From: Ascidiella aspersa
Lineage: Eukaryota
Length of the DNA: 64,000 nt
Assembly: GCA_963924565.1 (NCBI GenBank)
Contig: OZ004612.1
Location: 8,370,001 to 8,434,000 of the forward strand
Direction of reading: 5' to 3'
Below are positions 37,501-49,350 of this stretch, in pieces (the stretch's first letter is position 1; each line of letters starts with the position of its first letter). The position numbers and the translations under genes are program-made. Under the pieces are notes generated by a model, which saw only the letters and a program-made list of their open reading frames with translations, had not been told where the DNA came from and ran no database searches.

Positions 37501-40500
37501 AGTTGACCCGGAATTACGTTATGGGCAAATTATTTTACTTGGACTTAAATTTTTCACTCAAATGACTTGACTTAACTTAAGTTATTTTGACAATGTTAAG
37601 TATTAACTTTAAATTTTGCTTCGTTTTGAGGTGTTTGCTTTGAAATATATTGGTCAGAAGGTAATGCGTTTACCAATATTAAAACTCCTATTTTTTATAT
37701 TGGTAATGCTGCGACCTGGTTCTGACTTTTGTCCTTTACAAATGACTTGTATCCTACATTGGTTCGCCCTACTTTAATCATTCTGGGAGATTGTATAATG
37801 CATCATGTGTAAATACACGTAGGCAAACCAACGTTGAAATATTTTTGACCTATATAAGAAATGTTTGGGGATTATTTACAATTTACCACATTTAAAAATA
37901 ACAAATAAACAACATTTCTCGTTCTAGGTATGGGTAAGTGCTTTGTCCCAGGTGTTTTACAGCAACGGGCCAGGACTTGGGGTCTGGGTGCTGCTGGGAA
38001 GCTACAACAAGCACAACCACAATCTGTGGAGGCAAGTGAAACGAGTTTTGAACATACCCATGTACAACTGAATAAATTACTTATTAGGTTGCCAAAAGAA
38101 AAACTGTCACAGTAATGTAAAAAGCGGCATGCATTCAATTAAGAGTACTCTAATAGAGTATTGCACTGTGATTAACATTTACAAGACCTTTAAAGAACAT
38201 TATTTAAAATCTTGCCCGTCTTTAACTTCTATTTAATTTTTTCAGTAAGATAAAAGACTTTTCTTTAGACGAAATGTCACAAAATTCACCAAAGCCAAAA
38301 AACAGCGTCATAAATCTTACTTTGAAGTGACAGACTGTTTTCCGATCGAACTTGTACATTTAGAAAAGCCGCACATCTTCTTTGTTTACAGAGACTCGTT
38401 CACGATTGTCCTCATGAACCTTCTGACCAGTTTCACTGCGGGTTTTGCTGTTTTCTCCACCCTTGGCTTTATGGCGAAATACCAAGTGAGTCTTAACTTC
38501 GCTCCATGCATTTTTGACATAATATTCAACGTTGTCGAAAACCTTTTCAACCACTTTTAGATAAAACATATTGTGTCGTAAAATTTGGCGCCACAATATA
38601 ACGTTTCGAAAGTTGTCTAATCGTTTTGTAATTGCTGCAATACAGATTGCTATATGGGAATGTTTTCTTTTAAGAACACAACGATAGAGCAAGTGGCATC
38701 CTCCGGACCTGGACTCGCGTTCATCGTTTATCCGGAAGCGATGTCCCTGCTTCCTCTTCCTCAACTATGGAGCGTTCTCTTCTTCGTAATGATTATTTTC
38801 CTAGGATTCGACACACAGGTGATTGGATATTCTATACAACAAACATGATTCGACCTCACCATAATTTCGCATTTTTTGGTATGATGTATGTTGACTAAGC
38901 ATGTGAGTAATTTGAAAGTCTTGTACCATCCAAAATCATTACCTGACGGGTGTCTTTAACCGGATCCCTTAAGGTAGTAGTATCCTGCCAATTTTTTCCT
39001 AGGTATAACCGGGGTTTTGGGCATTAAAATACTAAAATTATTACTTAAACTGACACTTATTTTATTACCTACTCTACTGGTAAAACATTTAGCCTTCAGC
39101 TGATGCGCAGTTCAACTCTGGCCCTACCTCCAAGTGGCAGCACCGCCTCTTTTTGGAAGATCGGTTGTTCTGAGGACTTGGTCTGAACCTTACTGACATA
39201 TCGGGCATTACCGGCCTAATTTTTGGCCAATTGGAAAGAAAAGCTACTACACGTTCACCACTTACTTTGCATTACTTTCTTTATTTACTTTTAGTTAGTT
39301 CAACAAAAACGAAATAATATTAGTTATACTACTCTTTCAATGACTATAGTTTTTTCGAGGTGTTATATTTCTATTCTCCCGCTAACTTTAGTTCTGTTTA
39401 GTGACGTCCGGTACTACGTATTTGATTTCGAATACGATGACCGATATTTTAGACAAAACTACAGCAGCAAGACACCACGTAAAGCAAAATTAATAAAATT
39501 AAAACTTACAACAATAAATTAAAAAAAGGAAGTTATTAGGCAAATCTTTACATTGATATGAGAAATAGGAACAACCTTTTCATGGTAAAATTTGCTTTTT
39601 AAAAGGTTTTATCGCAAACCAACACTGATATTCACAAAAGTATATTTGAACAGATAACAACCTATAGTATTGGATGTATACATTCACAAAAGTATTATTT
39701 GAACATAATAGTATTCAATGTATAGGCCAACACCAATTCTACCACTTGGTAACATGTATGGCCACCGATCCAATAGTATCGGATATCTAGTACCGATACT
39801 GATATTTTGTTGGTTTATACAGTTTTAATTGTACTTTGCAGTTTGTTATACTCGAATCGCTCGTTACCCTGGTTACAGACAACTTGTCAGTTGCAAAGAA
39901 GCACCCGTACGGTAGAGAGATCTCACAGGCGATTTTGTGCGTCTTTCTTTGCCTTGGCGCAATACCAATGGTGACAAACGTAAGTGTTGTTTCATGATAA
40001 TCACTTTTCTGTTGGCCCCGCTTAAATAAATACCTTGAATGACCTTAAAGTAAACTTAATTGTAGATTTCGATGGTCAAACCTAACCAGGCACTTATTCG
40101 GGATTTTAGATTGGGAAATAGGCATATGAACGTTTCAGAGTTAAGTCATAACGCGATGTCTTCAATTAAGTAATCTTAAGTTAAAAAGAAAAAAGAAACT
40201 GTTTCTTTAAATGGCTGAAAACAAGGGCTACAAAGTGGAATTGTGACTCGACTGAGTTGGATGGAGTGGGATTTAGGGACTACTATAGAGTGCCGAGATT
40301 GTATTACCTGGATTAATGGGATACAGGGCTCTGTAGGGAGCTGGACTCGACAGTGTCAAAATTCGGGTAGCCTCAAGATTCGGACTTCAGTTGTTGTAAA
40401 CCGACTTCGCAGCTCTGGTTAAAACAGGGTTTGGACAAACTATTTTACCTAGTCGCGGTTAAAACCAACCTCAGAAACGCCATATTTGTTTAAGTTTAAA

Positions 40501-43500
40501 CTAAATTTCGAAAACCTAATAAGTTATTTACACTAGACACGTTCTCTAAAAAGCAATACTTGTTCTAAGGCAGCATGATTATTGCTAAAGCATGTGCCCA
40601 ATACAATGAGAATGCGAAACTTCCGTTGTTGATAGTTCCAATTCAGGGTAGACATTACGCCTTTAGGAGTAAAAAAAATCGCATTTACCTAGTTGAAATA
40701 GCTAAAAACTATGAGAAATGACCTCTTACCCATTTCGTAAAGAAAGTGTGGGACCGATGAGATTTATTGGCAGGTCACATTTAGCTCACGGTCGTAGATA
40801 TAAGCTAAACCCTGCGTTAAAACATACTGAAAACGTTTTCGTCCGATAAGCGTTTTAAATTGTTGCAGAAAAAACGGTGGTTGTGTTTATTTCACAACTT
40901 ATAACAAAAACTAACAGGGAGGAGCGTATGTGTTTGAGATCTTCAACCAGTATGCGGGGGCGGGGTGGTGCTGGTTCCTTATTGCTGGTTGCGAGTGCGT
41001 AGCGGTGGGATGGTTGTACGACTTCGATCAATTCTGGTCTGATCTGGTCGATATGGTCGGCGAAAGACGAGGACGGATTTGGCTCAAGTTGTCAATCAAG
41101 TACTTCGCGCCCATGATTTGCTTCGTAAGAGTTTGTTTTAATCAACTGTAGGGAGCCCTGCGCAATGTGCGATTCTTCCTATGTATTCTGATACTGAAAC
41201 CAGATTTTGGGGGCGAAAAACGGCCCTATTATACGACTGAATTGATAAAAAGACAACTTTGCTTTAGCGTTATAAAGCTATAAGTTACTTTCGATTGTAA
41301 CATTCCTATTTTCGAACAAAATCCTTTGATCCTCCGTTAAATCGACATCGAGTTCTGCTGCTAGTCACCGATTTTCTGTTTGCTGTTGTTAATCACTTCG
41401 TTGACAGGGTTGCCTTCTAAAGTTAATCAAAGTTCAGTGAATGTCAACAGTTCGAAATGTCGCTGCATGACTTCTGCGATTTACACCAATCCTCCAATGA
41501 GTGCACCAATGGAACACGTTTTTTGTCTTCATTTTGGTATCCACGATTAGATCTCTAAATATCTAATTTTTTTTTATATAGACTTTTCCACTTTAAAAAA
41601 AAACATTTTTTGTATAATCTGAATTGAATTTGTAGTAGTTTTTAAGCTCGGATGATTCGTTAATGTTATGTGTGGGTAGAAAGCAATCAACATGTATGCA
41701 GTCGCATACTTCTATTAAAGAATAGTTGTTGGCGATCGCATTGGTTTCCTGTTTTTCGCTGATTGCACTACTAAGCGCTGAACTTTTCACACGTTTTAAA
41801 AGTGGTTAAATTTCCAACTACCCTATTTTTTCTGCAGGCTTTTTCAGTATACCTCATGGCAGGAATGAAACCCCTTACGTTTGACGACTATCTGTATCCG
41901 GATTGGGCGCAGGCCATCGGGCAAGCGATCAGCGTCAGCACAGTTTTCTTTCTTCCTGTCTTCGCCATCTTCGCGTTGATTAGAGCTTGGCTGAACGGAT
42001 CACCATTATCCAACGTATGACGTTTTTATATAGTTGTATATAGATTGGGTTTCAGATGCAATTTCACGTTATGAAAGAAGTGGCGTAAAATAACAAATGT
42101 GTTCGCTGTAAAATTCCCAATTTACTTTTAAAGCATTTTAAAAGTTTATGTCGTCCGTTTTTTGAAATCAGGGGCCACCGAACTGATTTCGAACTTAATT
42201 AACTTAATTATCGTTATACAAAGTAAATATAAATTACTATGAAATAACAATAGTAAGCCTAATAAATGTAGTAAGCCTAATAAATTGCCGTTCACATTAA
42301 AATTTCATCAAACCCTGGCTTTGAATTGCATACGACAACATTTCAACTGTAATTTTATCTTAATTAAGGTAATATGCCGTGGGCCGGATTTCTACTGCGA
42401 GTCGTAGGTTGGTTATCTCTGATTTAAAAGCAATTTAAAAATGGCATATTCTAATTAGAACGTTGCATAAGCAACACAGGAAAATGAAATAGGAGCACTT
42501 ATTTCATTTCTAATATTGAAAGCAAATATGTCTCAAATACGAGCGGGTTTAATCATTGTGTATTTTAAATACGATGTTCGTAAAAGGTTGCAAGAAAACT
42601 TAAAGCTGACAGTTGTTTCACACTAGAATTACTGCGTTGCGGTCATACCTAGAATTACCGCCAGCGGTCAAAATGACCATTTGTCCGATAAAGAAAAAAC
42701 GCAGAATACTTTAGCTTCATTTTCATTATTAATATCATTTTACAACTAACATTAGCATTTCTTATAACTAACATGAACATTTAAATTGATCGAAAACAAT
42801 TCATTAAACAAGATGAAACGGCCTTTTCATTATGTCGCTTGATAGATGTAGCATAAGTAGCTATCCAACAGCATACAACAACCAAAAAATTAGCAGCGCA
42901 CAAGGCAATCGACATATTCCACTTTCACACAACTTGTACACTTGCCGCAACCTAATGCATTGTATCCACAATACATTTTTGCAGTTTTGTTTTGTTGATA
43001 GTGCACATTCGTGTGGACGTACTTCCGCTTTCTGCTTCCGTCAACCATCGAATTTTTATAAGAACAGATCACTCAAAATCATGAACTTGCTAGTAACTAA
43101 AACTGTTACCAGTCAATGTAGCAATTGTTTCTTGGTTGTTTTAAAACCATAGCACAAAAAAGGCTATCGTTTAAGTTTAGAGCGATTTTAATCGTGATGG
43201 AATTAGAACTTGCCTTACGGTCAAAATGACCGTTGGCGGTAATTTAAGGTAAATCGCTTCCTACCTCACACTGTGCTAATAAACTAAAGATTTACACGCT
43301 AAAAGGTGACCTAGAAATAGGAAAAGTCAGAAAGTTTTCATTATTTTAACAGATACTTAAGGGGAAATATAAATGATTAAACGTCAAAAAAGTACAAAAT
43401 GACCGCATCAGTAATTCTAGTGTTAAGAGTTTTTAATACTGTGATTCAGTACTGGCGATCTGTAGAATCGAAAAAATATATAGCGGTCTGATACCTAGGT

Positions 43501-43650
43501 TTTTTCGGTGTTTAAAGCCTTTTTACCTCAAAGGTGCTGCGCAAGCCTGATGATAAGAAGAAACATTACAGAACAGCAACCGGAAATGGGGACGAAGAAG
43601 TTATCGATCTGAAATCCGCAAGCGGCGACGATATTACGCTAAGCCTCTGA
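28528..43650 (+). CDS. SLC6 Na+/Cl- dependent transporter, GABA/taurine/creatine-subfamily-like, paralog A (~581 aa)
   Basis: Exons 28528-28648, 29134-29265, 35288-35531, 36473-36605, 37248-37382, 37928-38031, 38392-38485, 38675-38818, 39842-39979, 40918-41124, 41838-42014 and 43534-43650 form one open frame. Motifs [48 protein letters not shown]. Confidence 0.93.
29681..29842 (+). repeat. 5' LTR
   Basis: TGTAGCGG...CGCTTCA; identical by eye to 33766-33927. Confidence 0.97.
29844..29854 (+). other. Primer-binding site (tRNA-Trp)
   Basis: TGGTGACCCCG, 1 nt after the 5' LTR, is complementary to the tRNA-Trp 3' end (...CGGGGUCACCA). Confidence 0.85.
29886..30587 (+). CDS. gag: Gag
   Basis: IKLPTFW...[16 protein letters not shown] and CFYHRRF...C motifs typical of CsRn1-clade Gag; the tail appears frameshifted (see findings). 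Confidence 0.9.
   Translation: MASEETQNAVAIKLPTFWTAQARVWFRQAEAQFAIKGVKDDLTKYYYVVSALDQHTATRLLDLLDQPPDVNKYQSIKHRLLTTFSLTCSQRASALLDMAPLGDRIPSALMDEMLALLGDHTPCFLFRELFLRHMPAEVRTGLAGKDFETNRDLAQQADALFLAARENTSQLSISKLQRQTPRSILKPLREQSVICFYHRRFKDKAHRCIPPVHSPRETGKPTMFSCYNGRPSY
30532..33702 (+). CDS. pol: Pol polyprotein (protease, RT, RNase H, integrase), probably entered by -1 frameshift at GGGAAAC (30532-30538)
   Basis: FLVDTGA (PR), YLDD (RT), TDAS (RH), HGLSH..CMDC zinc finger, DDE core and GPY motif; open for more than 1040 codons. Confidence 0.95.
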   Translation, partial: GKLASRPCLAATMAGQATSSLFFVWDRLAGRNFLVDTGAEISVLPPTGPERRANPSDKTLVAANGTKIRTYGSRSISMAFPSGRFNWKFVLADVARPLLGADFLRAHALLVDLKRQRLINAETFCSSPIKRAPQLAPRLNAIASGTSVYTRILAEFPGIATPHFSQALPKHGVQHFIPTNGPPVHSRARRLPPEKLALAKKEFHSILQMGIIRRSSSPWASPLHMVPKSSGGWRPCGDFRRLNEATRPDRYAIPHIQDFSARLAGCRIFSKIDLVRGYHQVPVAPEDIPKTAVITPFGLFEFLRMPFGLKNAAQAFQRLMDTVCQPLDFVFVYLDDILVSSKSPAEHIHHLKKLFKQLTNYGLVINLGKCQFGLQQLDFLGHRIDTNGARPLPSKVEAIQHFPRPTSIKGLQEFAGMINFYFRFIPEAARIMSPIYDALAGKPSKLTWNDRLCLAFTEAKSALASATLLHHPLPEAPTAVTTDASQHSIGAVLQQFIDGAWQPLAFFSKRLRTPEQRYSAFDRELLALHLSIRHFRYFLEGRVFTAYTDHKPLTFAFSKVSAPWSARQQRHLTAISEFTTDVRHIEGKRNHVADALSRGSISTLLLDMDYTALARAQLEQEVQAYRTAISGLKLEDIQLDQSGTTILCDVSTESPRPIVPKSWQRKVFDIVHGLSHPSVRATRKLIASKFVWHGLHRQVGLWAKQCMDCQKAKVHQHVRAPLVNYPLCKARFAHVNIDIVGPLPPSQGNKYLLTMVDRFTRWPEAVPMPDATTITCARAFAFHWVARFGVPSDISSDRGSQFTSELWTIFNELLGIRLHRTCSFHPQANGLVERFHRHMKSALMSRLTGPNWIDELPWVLLGIRTTPKEDLQASSAELVYGSPIAVPGDLVRTRQTTPSPADVLPLVRSTVRQLTPTPMSRHGFVRVNTPESLNSSAYVFIRRDGHRPPLTPPYDGPYKVIKKDAKGFTLDMGGRHKLVSIDRLKPAHLDLSEPVLVAQPPRRGRPTKPSPLPDPPPPSDAQQPMSVRQPPESLPPPSDEQFLRTRARSYFRFPSS
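33754..33762 (+). other. Polypurine tract
   Basis: GGAGGGGGG, 3 nt upstream of the 3' LTR. Confidence 0.85.
33766..33927 (+). repeat. 3' LTR
   Basis: Copy of the 5' LTR, followed by the TSD AGGG. Confidence 0.97.
34605..35245. mobile_element. hAT-like MITE with an internal ~42-bp tandem array built from TTAGA/GAATTA motifs
   Basis: TTGGACAACTAGAT TIR cores; flanks ATCAAACG/ATCAAATG (7/8). Confidence 0.75.
42621..43422 (-). mobile_element. Non-autonomous piggyBac-like element retaining a Cys-rich transposase C-terminal remnant
   Basis: CACTAGAATTACTG TIRs with TTCA/TTAA flanks and internal GGTCAAAATGACC repeats. The minus-strand remnant reads RKRK...NKT..YC..N..GCGKC. A second partial copy lies at ~61680-62045. 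Confidence 0.7.
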
Positions 43651-43864
43651 AAATTCGGATCCTTGTCTGTTTTAAAGCGTGTAAAATTGTATGCTGGCGC
43701 TTTCCGATATATTTAATCGCAACAAAATGGTTCATGTCAGACATAGTAATTTCGCTTTGTGAGTGGGTATTAAATATACATCACTAAAAAACGAAGCCAA
43801 TACCCGTACCTTGTGTTTGAAAGTGTACTATAAAGCACTTCTCCGTAACCCGTGTACCGCCATG

Positions 43865-44280
43865 CAGTGCTTCTTAAACTTATTAATTTTGTTCACCTCT
43901 ATCAACGATCTCTAGATTTCATTCACCCTTGTCTAACGATATGATAAATCTATCTCGTCTACTGAATATATAACAGCACGAAATGATTTAGGTTGTTTCG
44001 ATTTTAACTCAAGCTAAATTTTAGCATTGAATTCTCGAGTCCAGAAATATAAAGCTATAAAAGCACAAAACACAGTCACCAAATTTTTGTACTTAAACAC
44101 TCAGTGCAAATGAACTTCACTGTTACAATAAGCAAAAAAACACCAGTTCAGTAGTCCATTAACTGCAGAGAGATCATCTATTTCTGACGGTTCACCCTTA
44201 TCCACCCGTGTTGATTGGTTCACCCCTGCAAAAAATTTGTTCATCCTGGGGTGAACCATTCACCAGTTCAAAAAACACTG
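43865..44280. mobile_element. hAT-like MITE
   Basis: CAGTG...CACTG termini; exact 8-bp TSD CCGCCATG. Confidence 0.8.
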
Positions 44281-45593
44281 CCGCCATGTTCCTGGAAGTG
44301 TTTTGCTTGCCATTTTTTCAACGATCCATTTTATTATGAGTAAAATTAATAAAAATGTGCATCAAAGCAAGCATTTGTACCTTACGCAATAATCCAGGTG
44401 TAACTTTATGAGATTTTCGTATTGTTTCAAACGTCTGGAAACCTATTTAAAACAGTTTTTAACTAACTCAACCACCAGAGCTCTAAACAACAATGATTGG
44501 TAAACAATGATTTGGTAAACAGAAAAAGAGATTATTTATCCACAGCACTCTCGAAACTCGTGAAATATATCATTGTAAATTTATTATTGGCATTTTTAGC
44601 TTATTATTTTCTTCTCCCTTAATTGTATAAATTAACCTTTGACTGCTGTAAGAAATTTAACATATAGGTAAAAGCCCAATTGGCAGAATTAGGTTATTTG
44701 TCGAATATGCTATTAACAGTTCTCAATCCGCTATCGTAAGAAAGTACAGTTTCCAAGACTTTGACCGTCCCAAGATATTTTAGGAAGGCTGTTAAATCGC
44801 AAAATTAGGAGATACAGTAATGTAATTCGTCAAATTTATTGTGCCTTAGGCGAAGTGAATTATAAAACGCCCCTTAATTTTGCCGTGTGTTGCCTTGGAT
44901 ATTATCTGATGTTTAGTTAGAACAGATAACATAACGCGAAACAGATTTTCAGGGCTCTTTTGAAAACTGTATTCATAATCCGTGTGCTTAAATTTATTAA
45001 AGGGTAACGGAGATTCACACGACTCAAAATGGCACCGAATAAGCGCAGCTATTTTCACCAATTATCCTACAGTTACACGTATAGATCACTGTTCCTCTGC
45101 TTTCCCTATAATATGTACTTTTTTTACATATAAACATGTTGTGGCATTTCGGATTGAAACAAATTATTGTACTTAAAGAAATAAGATCCAAAAATCGTGG
45201 ATTTTTATTCCTCTAAATTCCCAATTGTCCTATGGCCTACAAGTGCTTTTGTTGCTTGACAACACTTCAACTGTATATTTCATCTTCATTGAGAATATGT
45301 CGCGGGCCGGACGGTCGGATTTGATACGCGAGCCGTACCTTGGTGACCACAGATTTAAAAGCAATTTAAAAATGGTATATTCTAATCAGAACGTTGTATA
45401 TAAGCATCACAGCAGAATCAAATTGCCGCAAAGTCTGGATACCGGTGTGTTGTTTCGAAACGGTTGCAAGAAAACTTGAAGCTGCATGGCAATTGTTTAT
45501 GACGTTTGTCCTATACCCTTTTTTAAATACTGGTCTGATACCAACCATTTTAGGTGTAGGCCGGTTCAATTTTAAAGCCTTTTTTCTTCAAAG

Positions 45594-45710
45594 GTGCTGC
45601 GCAAGCCTGTTGACGATAAGAAGAAAAATTACAGAACAGCAACCGAAAATGAGGACGAGGAGTTTTTCAAACTGAAAACCGCAAGCTACGATATTACGCT
45701 GAGCCTCTAA
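45594..45710 (+). CDS. Duplicated terminal exon of SLC6 paralog A (candidate alternative last exon)
   Basis: AAG acceptor and open frame VLRKPVDDKKKNYRTATENEDEEFFKLKTASYDITLSL*, homologous to 43534-43650. Confidence 0.6.
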   Translation: MLRKPVDDKKKNYRTATENEDEEFFKLKTASYDITLSL

Positions 45711-45989
45711 GAAATTCGGATCGTTGTATTTTGGTAAAGCGTGTAAATTTCGCTTGCCGATATACTTAATCGCAACAACATAGTTCACGTCAGACTTGTT
45801 ATTTTCACTGCAAAAAGCGGTAAATATGGCAATGTGACCAATTATTAAAAAGCCTGGACTTGCATAGATTGATTCCAACAATTCAGCAAATCAAATATTC
45901 CGGCTAAGTAAGCCACGTTTACAATTGCCTCGCCAAACTGTTAAGACAAAATGCAAAATGATTTCGTTTGTTTAAAAACAAAATAAATT

Positions 45990-46400
45990 CTTTTCACAGC
46001 TCATAAAGTACTTTACCATGTAATAACCAACTCAATGTATGTAATTGCAATCTCATCACACAAACAAGAAAAAAACGCTGGTTTAGTCGCCTCGCTTTAA
46101 TATAGTTCACACACTTTGTAACAGCATTTAAAGTATTACGCCTTTGCCCAGGAAAAATTTTAACGACTATAGTGCTTGTCTGTGCAAATAGCAGTGCTTC
46201 TATTTCGCATTTTCCTGTACTCTTGCCGTGTAATTCGGTTGCGCCATTCATGTAACTTGGGCTATCAATGTAAAAGGCGTCTTACATCTATGTGTAACGC
46301 TAACATTGACTTTTCTGCAGATTTGAAAAAAGTATCTCCAATAGAACGCTAAATTCAGTAGGTAATACAATCAAATAACACAGCTTAAATGTTTTTACCG
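45990..46400 (-). pseudogene. Degenerate hAT (Buster/Charlie-type) transposase fragment
   Basis: TLNAVTKCVNYIKARRLNQRFF resembles the Buster/ZBED5-type motif LNEAVKIVNFIKARPLNSRLF. Confidence 0.6.
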
Positions 46401-47861
46401 TCTTGTTAATGGTGGGGGTTTAACCAGAGTGTTTCTGGAAAGTAGGGGAAAGAGTTGAATTTGGCAAGCGCAACGATTTCAGAATTTTTTCAGAATTTTT
46501 TCAGAATTTACAAGAAAGCACTGGTGATGCCTTTAAAACTTTGCGGAAACGACTGGGAAAAAACGCTCAGTAGTTAACAACATAGTTATAACGTTGAAAA
46601 ATTCTAGCAAAAATACAAAACAACGCAAAACGTGGAAAAACACTACGGAGAACGGCGGAATCGCGCTAAATATTGACTTTTCCGTGAAGGCAAGAACTAT
46701 AGCTGGCGAGATCAAATCTGTCGCCGCAGCAACAGCAAAGCAAACTATATGCCAATTCAATGTTTAGGACATGGCCCGAAAAAAAAACTAAATAGAAAAT
46801 TAGAAGTAGTTTGCCATTGTTTTTTGTTGTACGCTCTCGGCGCAATTATAGGTTCTTTGAGACGCGTCATATGTAAAATTAGATCCCTTGCTCATTTGTG
46901 TCGGCAGCTAGCTTCTGGCGTCTGACATTTTGTTGAAGGAGGCAGCCTTTATATGCCCGTTTGGGCATTTAATGTATATCCAGGGTAGCCTACGTGTGAA
47001 AATAAGTTTGAAACAATAGCCACTGGTTTCAATTCGCACGATATTAGTAATTGAAAGATGGTCGAAAAAGTAAGAAACGCAAACAAGCGTGTTTTTGTTG
47101 TTTGCACACCGAAAATTACAACAAGAAATCACCCTGATGGATTAATATTCCACCGTTCCTCGATCGGGTTTATAAGATAACAAGGTTTGTTCGGCAAGAT
47201 ATCATAAAGCTTTCACAAAACCTTGTCAGTAACTTACAGAAGACACTAAACTTCTATCGTCTTCATAATGTTCCGGCTTGCTGATTTCAGTGCCTCTTTA
47301 CGCGTTTTGTGCTTTCATACTTCTCTTCTTACCAGGGGTGGGCAATAATTATTAAAAGTCGATGAGAAACAGAAAATATCTTTGCGGGCCATGGCAAAAA
47401 AACGATCTGAAATAATATAATATAAAAGTGATTCATTTGTAAAGAAAGCTACAAAAGCTTTTTTGTAAAGAAAGCTACTACAAGCAACTACAGTAGGATA
47501 GTAGGAATAAGGGGGAGGCCTTGCGAGTGTAATTTATTTAATAAAATATAACATATAATTATAGAATATAAGTACCGGGCCGTTCCTGCTGAAGGAGACC
47601 TGCGACAAAACTTTAACTGAAACAAATATTAATCAAATGTTTCCATTAATCAAAAAGTAATACAAATTTGACATCATTTGAACGATTTAACGTAGTCAAA
47701 CCTATACGACACATTTAATCCTAATACAAAACAGCACACATGACTTATACCTGAACATGTTATGTCAGTTTCAAAATTACCTCTACACAACTTCCAAGTA
47801 AGCATTCGGGTTATGAACGACTGCTTAAAACCACAAAGAAGTTTCTCCAATATCCCTACAT

Positions 47862-48392
47862 CAGTGGTTCTAAAACTTTTTTGAACGCGACCCAAATTGA
47901 ACATCTCACGACCCACGTCTCAAACATCAAAAAATGTAGTCTTGCTTTTTCTGGTATGCATGAAATCGAAAAAGACACAGACAACCAGATGTAGTACACA
48001 GTTATATAAAACAATAATTAATTACAAACAAATGATTGATTTATTTTAGTGTGATTGGTGAAACTGAATTTTTTCCTTTGTAATATCAGTGTGGCTTGTT
48101 TGCTGACTAAAAGCTTACACCAGTCTTAGCAGCTATTGTAGTTGGCTATGGCTATACTGTAGGTGGCTGCCATCAAAACGTTCATAAAACCACTTATGAT
48201 GCAACAGGTTACAGATTTGAAGCCACGTGAAAAGCTTATCATGCCATAATTCAGTTATGATTGAATTGAAAATATTTGAAAAATTAAATAAAAAAAGTTC
48301 GTTTGCGCAGGATTGAATCACCATAGAGCGACCCATTTTTTGACCCTGCGCTACCCATGTTTGGGTCGCGACCCATACTTTGAGAACCACTG
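47862..48392. mobile_element. hAT-like MITE
   Basis: CAGTGGTTCT...AGAACCACTG termini; GCGACCCA subterminal motifs; a related end starts at ~63858. Confidence 0.7.
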
Positions 48393-49350
48393 CCCTGTTG
48401 TGCGATTATGACAACGGCCGGTTAAACACTTGTTTATGCATAATTATTTTTGTGCGAATATTACACGGAAACCTACGATACCATCGCTCGCGCAAATAAA
48501 TAATCATATTATTGTGATCAGAGTTTGTGGTGGAACAACCGTACGAGTTAACATACACGACACACTTCAATTGCATCGGTATAACTGTTGTTTTAGCGCG
48601 AGACGCTAGACCCTCGACTCATAACTTGTGATTTAAATATGCGAATCTGTTAACGTTTACACACCAGCTGTAGCTACAAAGCACCAAGGAAGGCGCTATA
48701 CAAGATAATGTAGGAGAAAAAACCTATGAAACCGGCTTTTAAACTCTAAACAATGAATTTAAGATGAACAGTCTCAGCTACTGATTGTATGCCATGGAAA
48801 GAATGGAATCATTTCGATACTTGAAGAAAAACGGCAACAAATTTTGAAATATAATAGACTGTTAATGTAAACTAAATAATGGTAAAGTTTAGATCAGTTG
48901 TGGCCAAACTGAGGGACGTGGAAAAGTTTTACCTGCTAAAATTTATATTAACCGTGACACACCATGTTTATTCAAAAGATGGTTTGCAGCGCAGTTTGTA
49001 TAAGTACTGGTTTAAGCGGTTCGACAGCTAAAAAAGTTTGTTACCCAAGGGCGGTCATGGGCCCAACTAATTGTTTTTATCTAAACTTGTAGTTTACTAT
49101 GTCTCCCGACGAAACCTTATGTTCAACAGAGTATAGGGTAAATAATTATGAAAAGTTCCAGTGGCAAAACCTACCATGTACAGTACAAACAAAGGACAAA
49201 CGTGTTGGAATATAATATTTCATAATAAATAATGCCACAAATTCAGAAACTTTCACAAACCCCCGTGGACCTCCGTTGGCGAATCGCTGGTTAAAGGCTT
49301 CTGTTTTCAGATTTTGGTCCAACTCAAAGAAAATCTTTTTATTGATAAAA

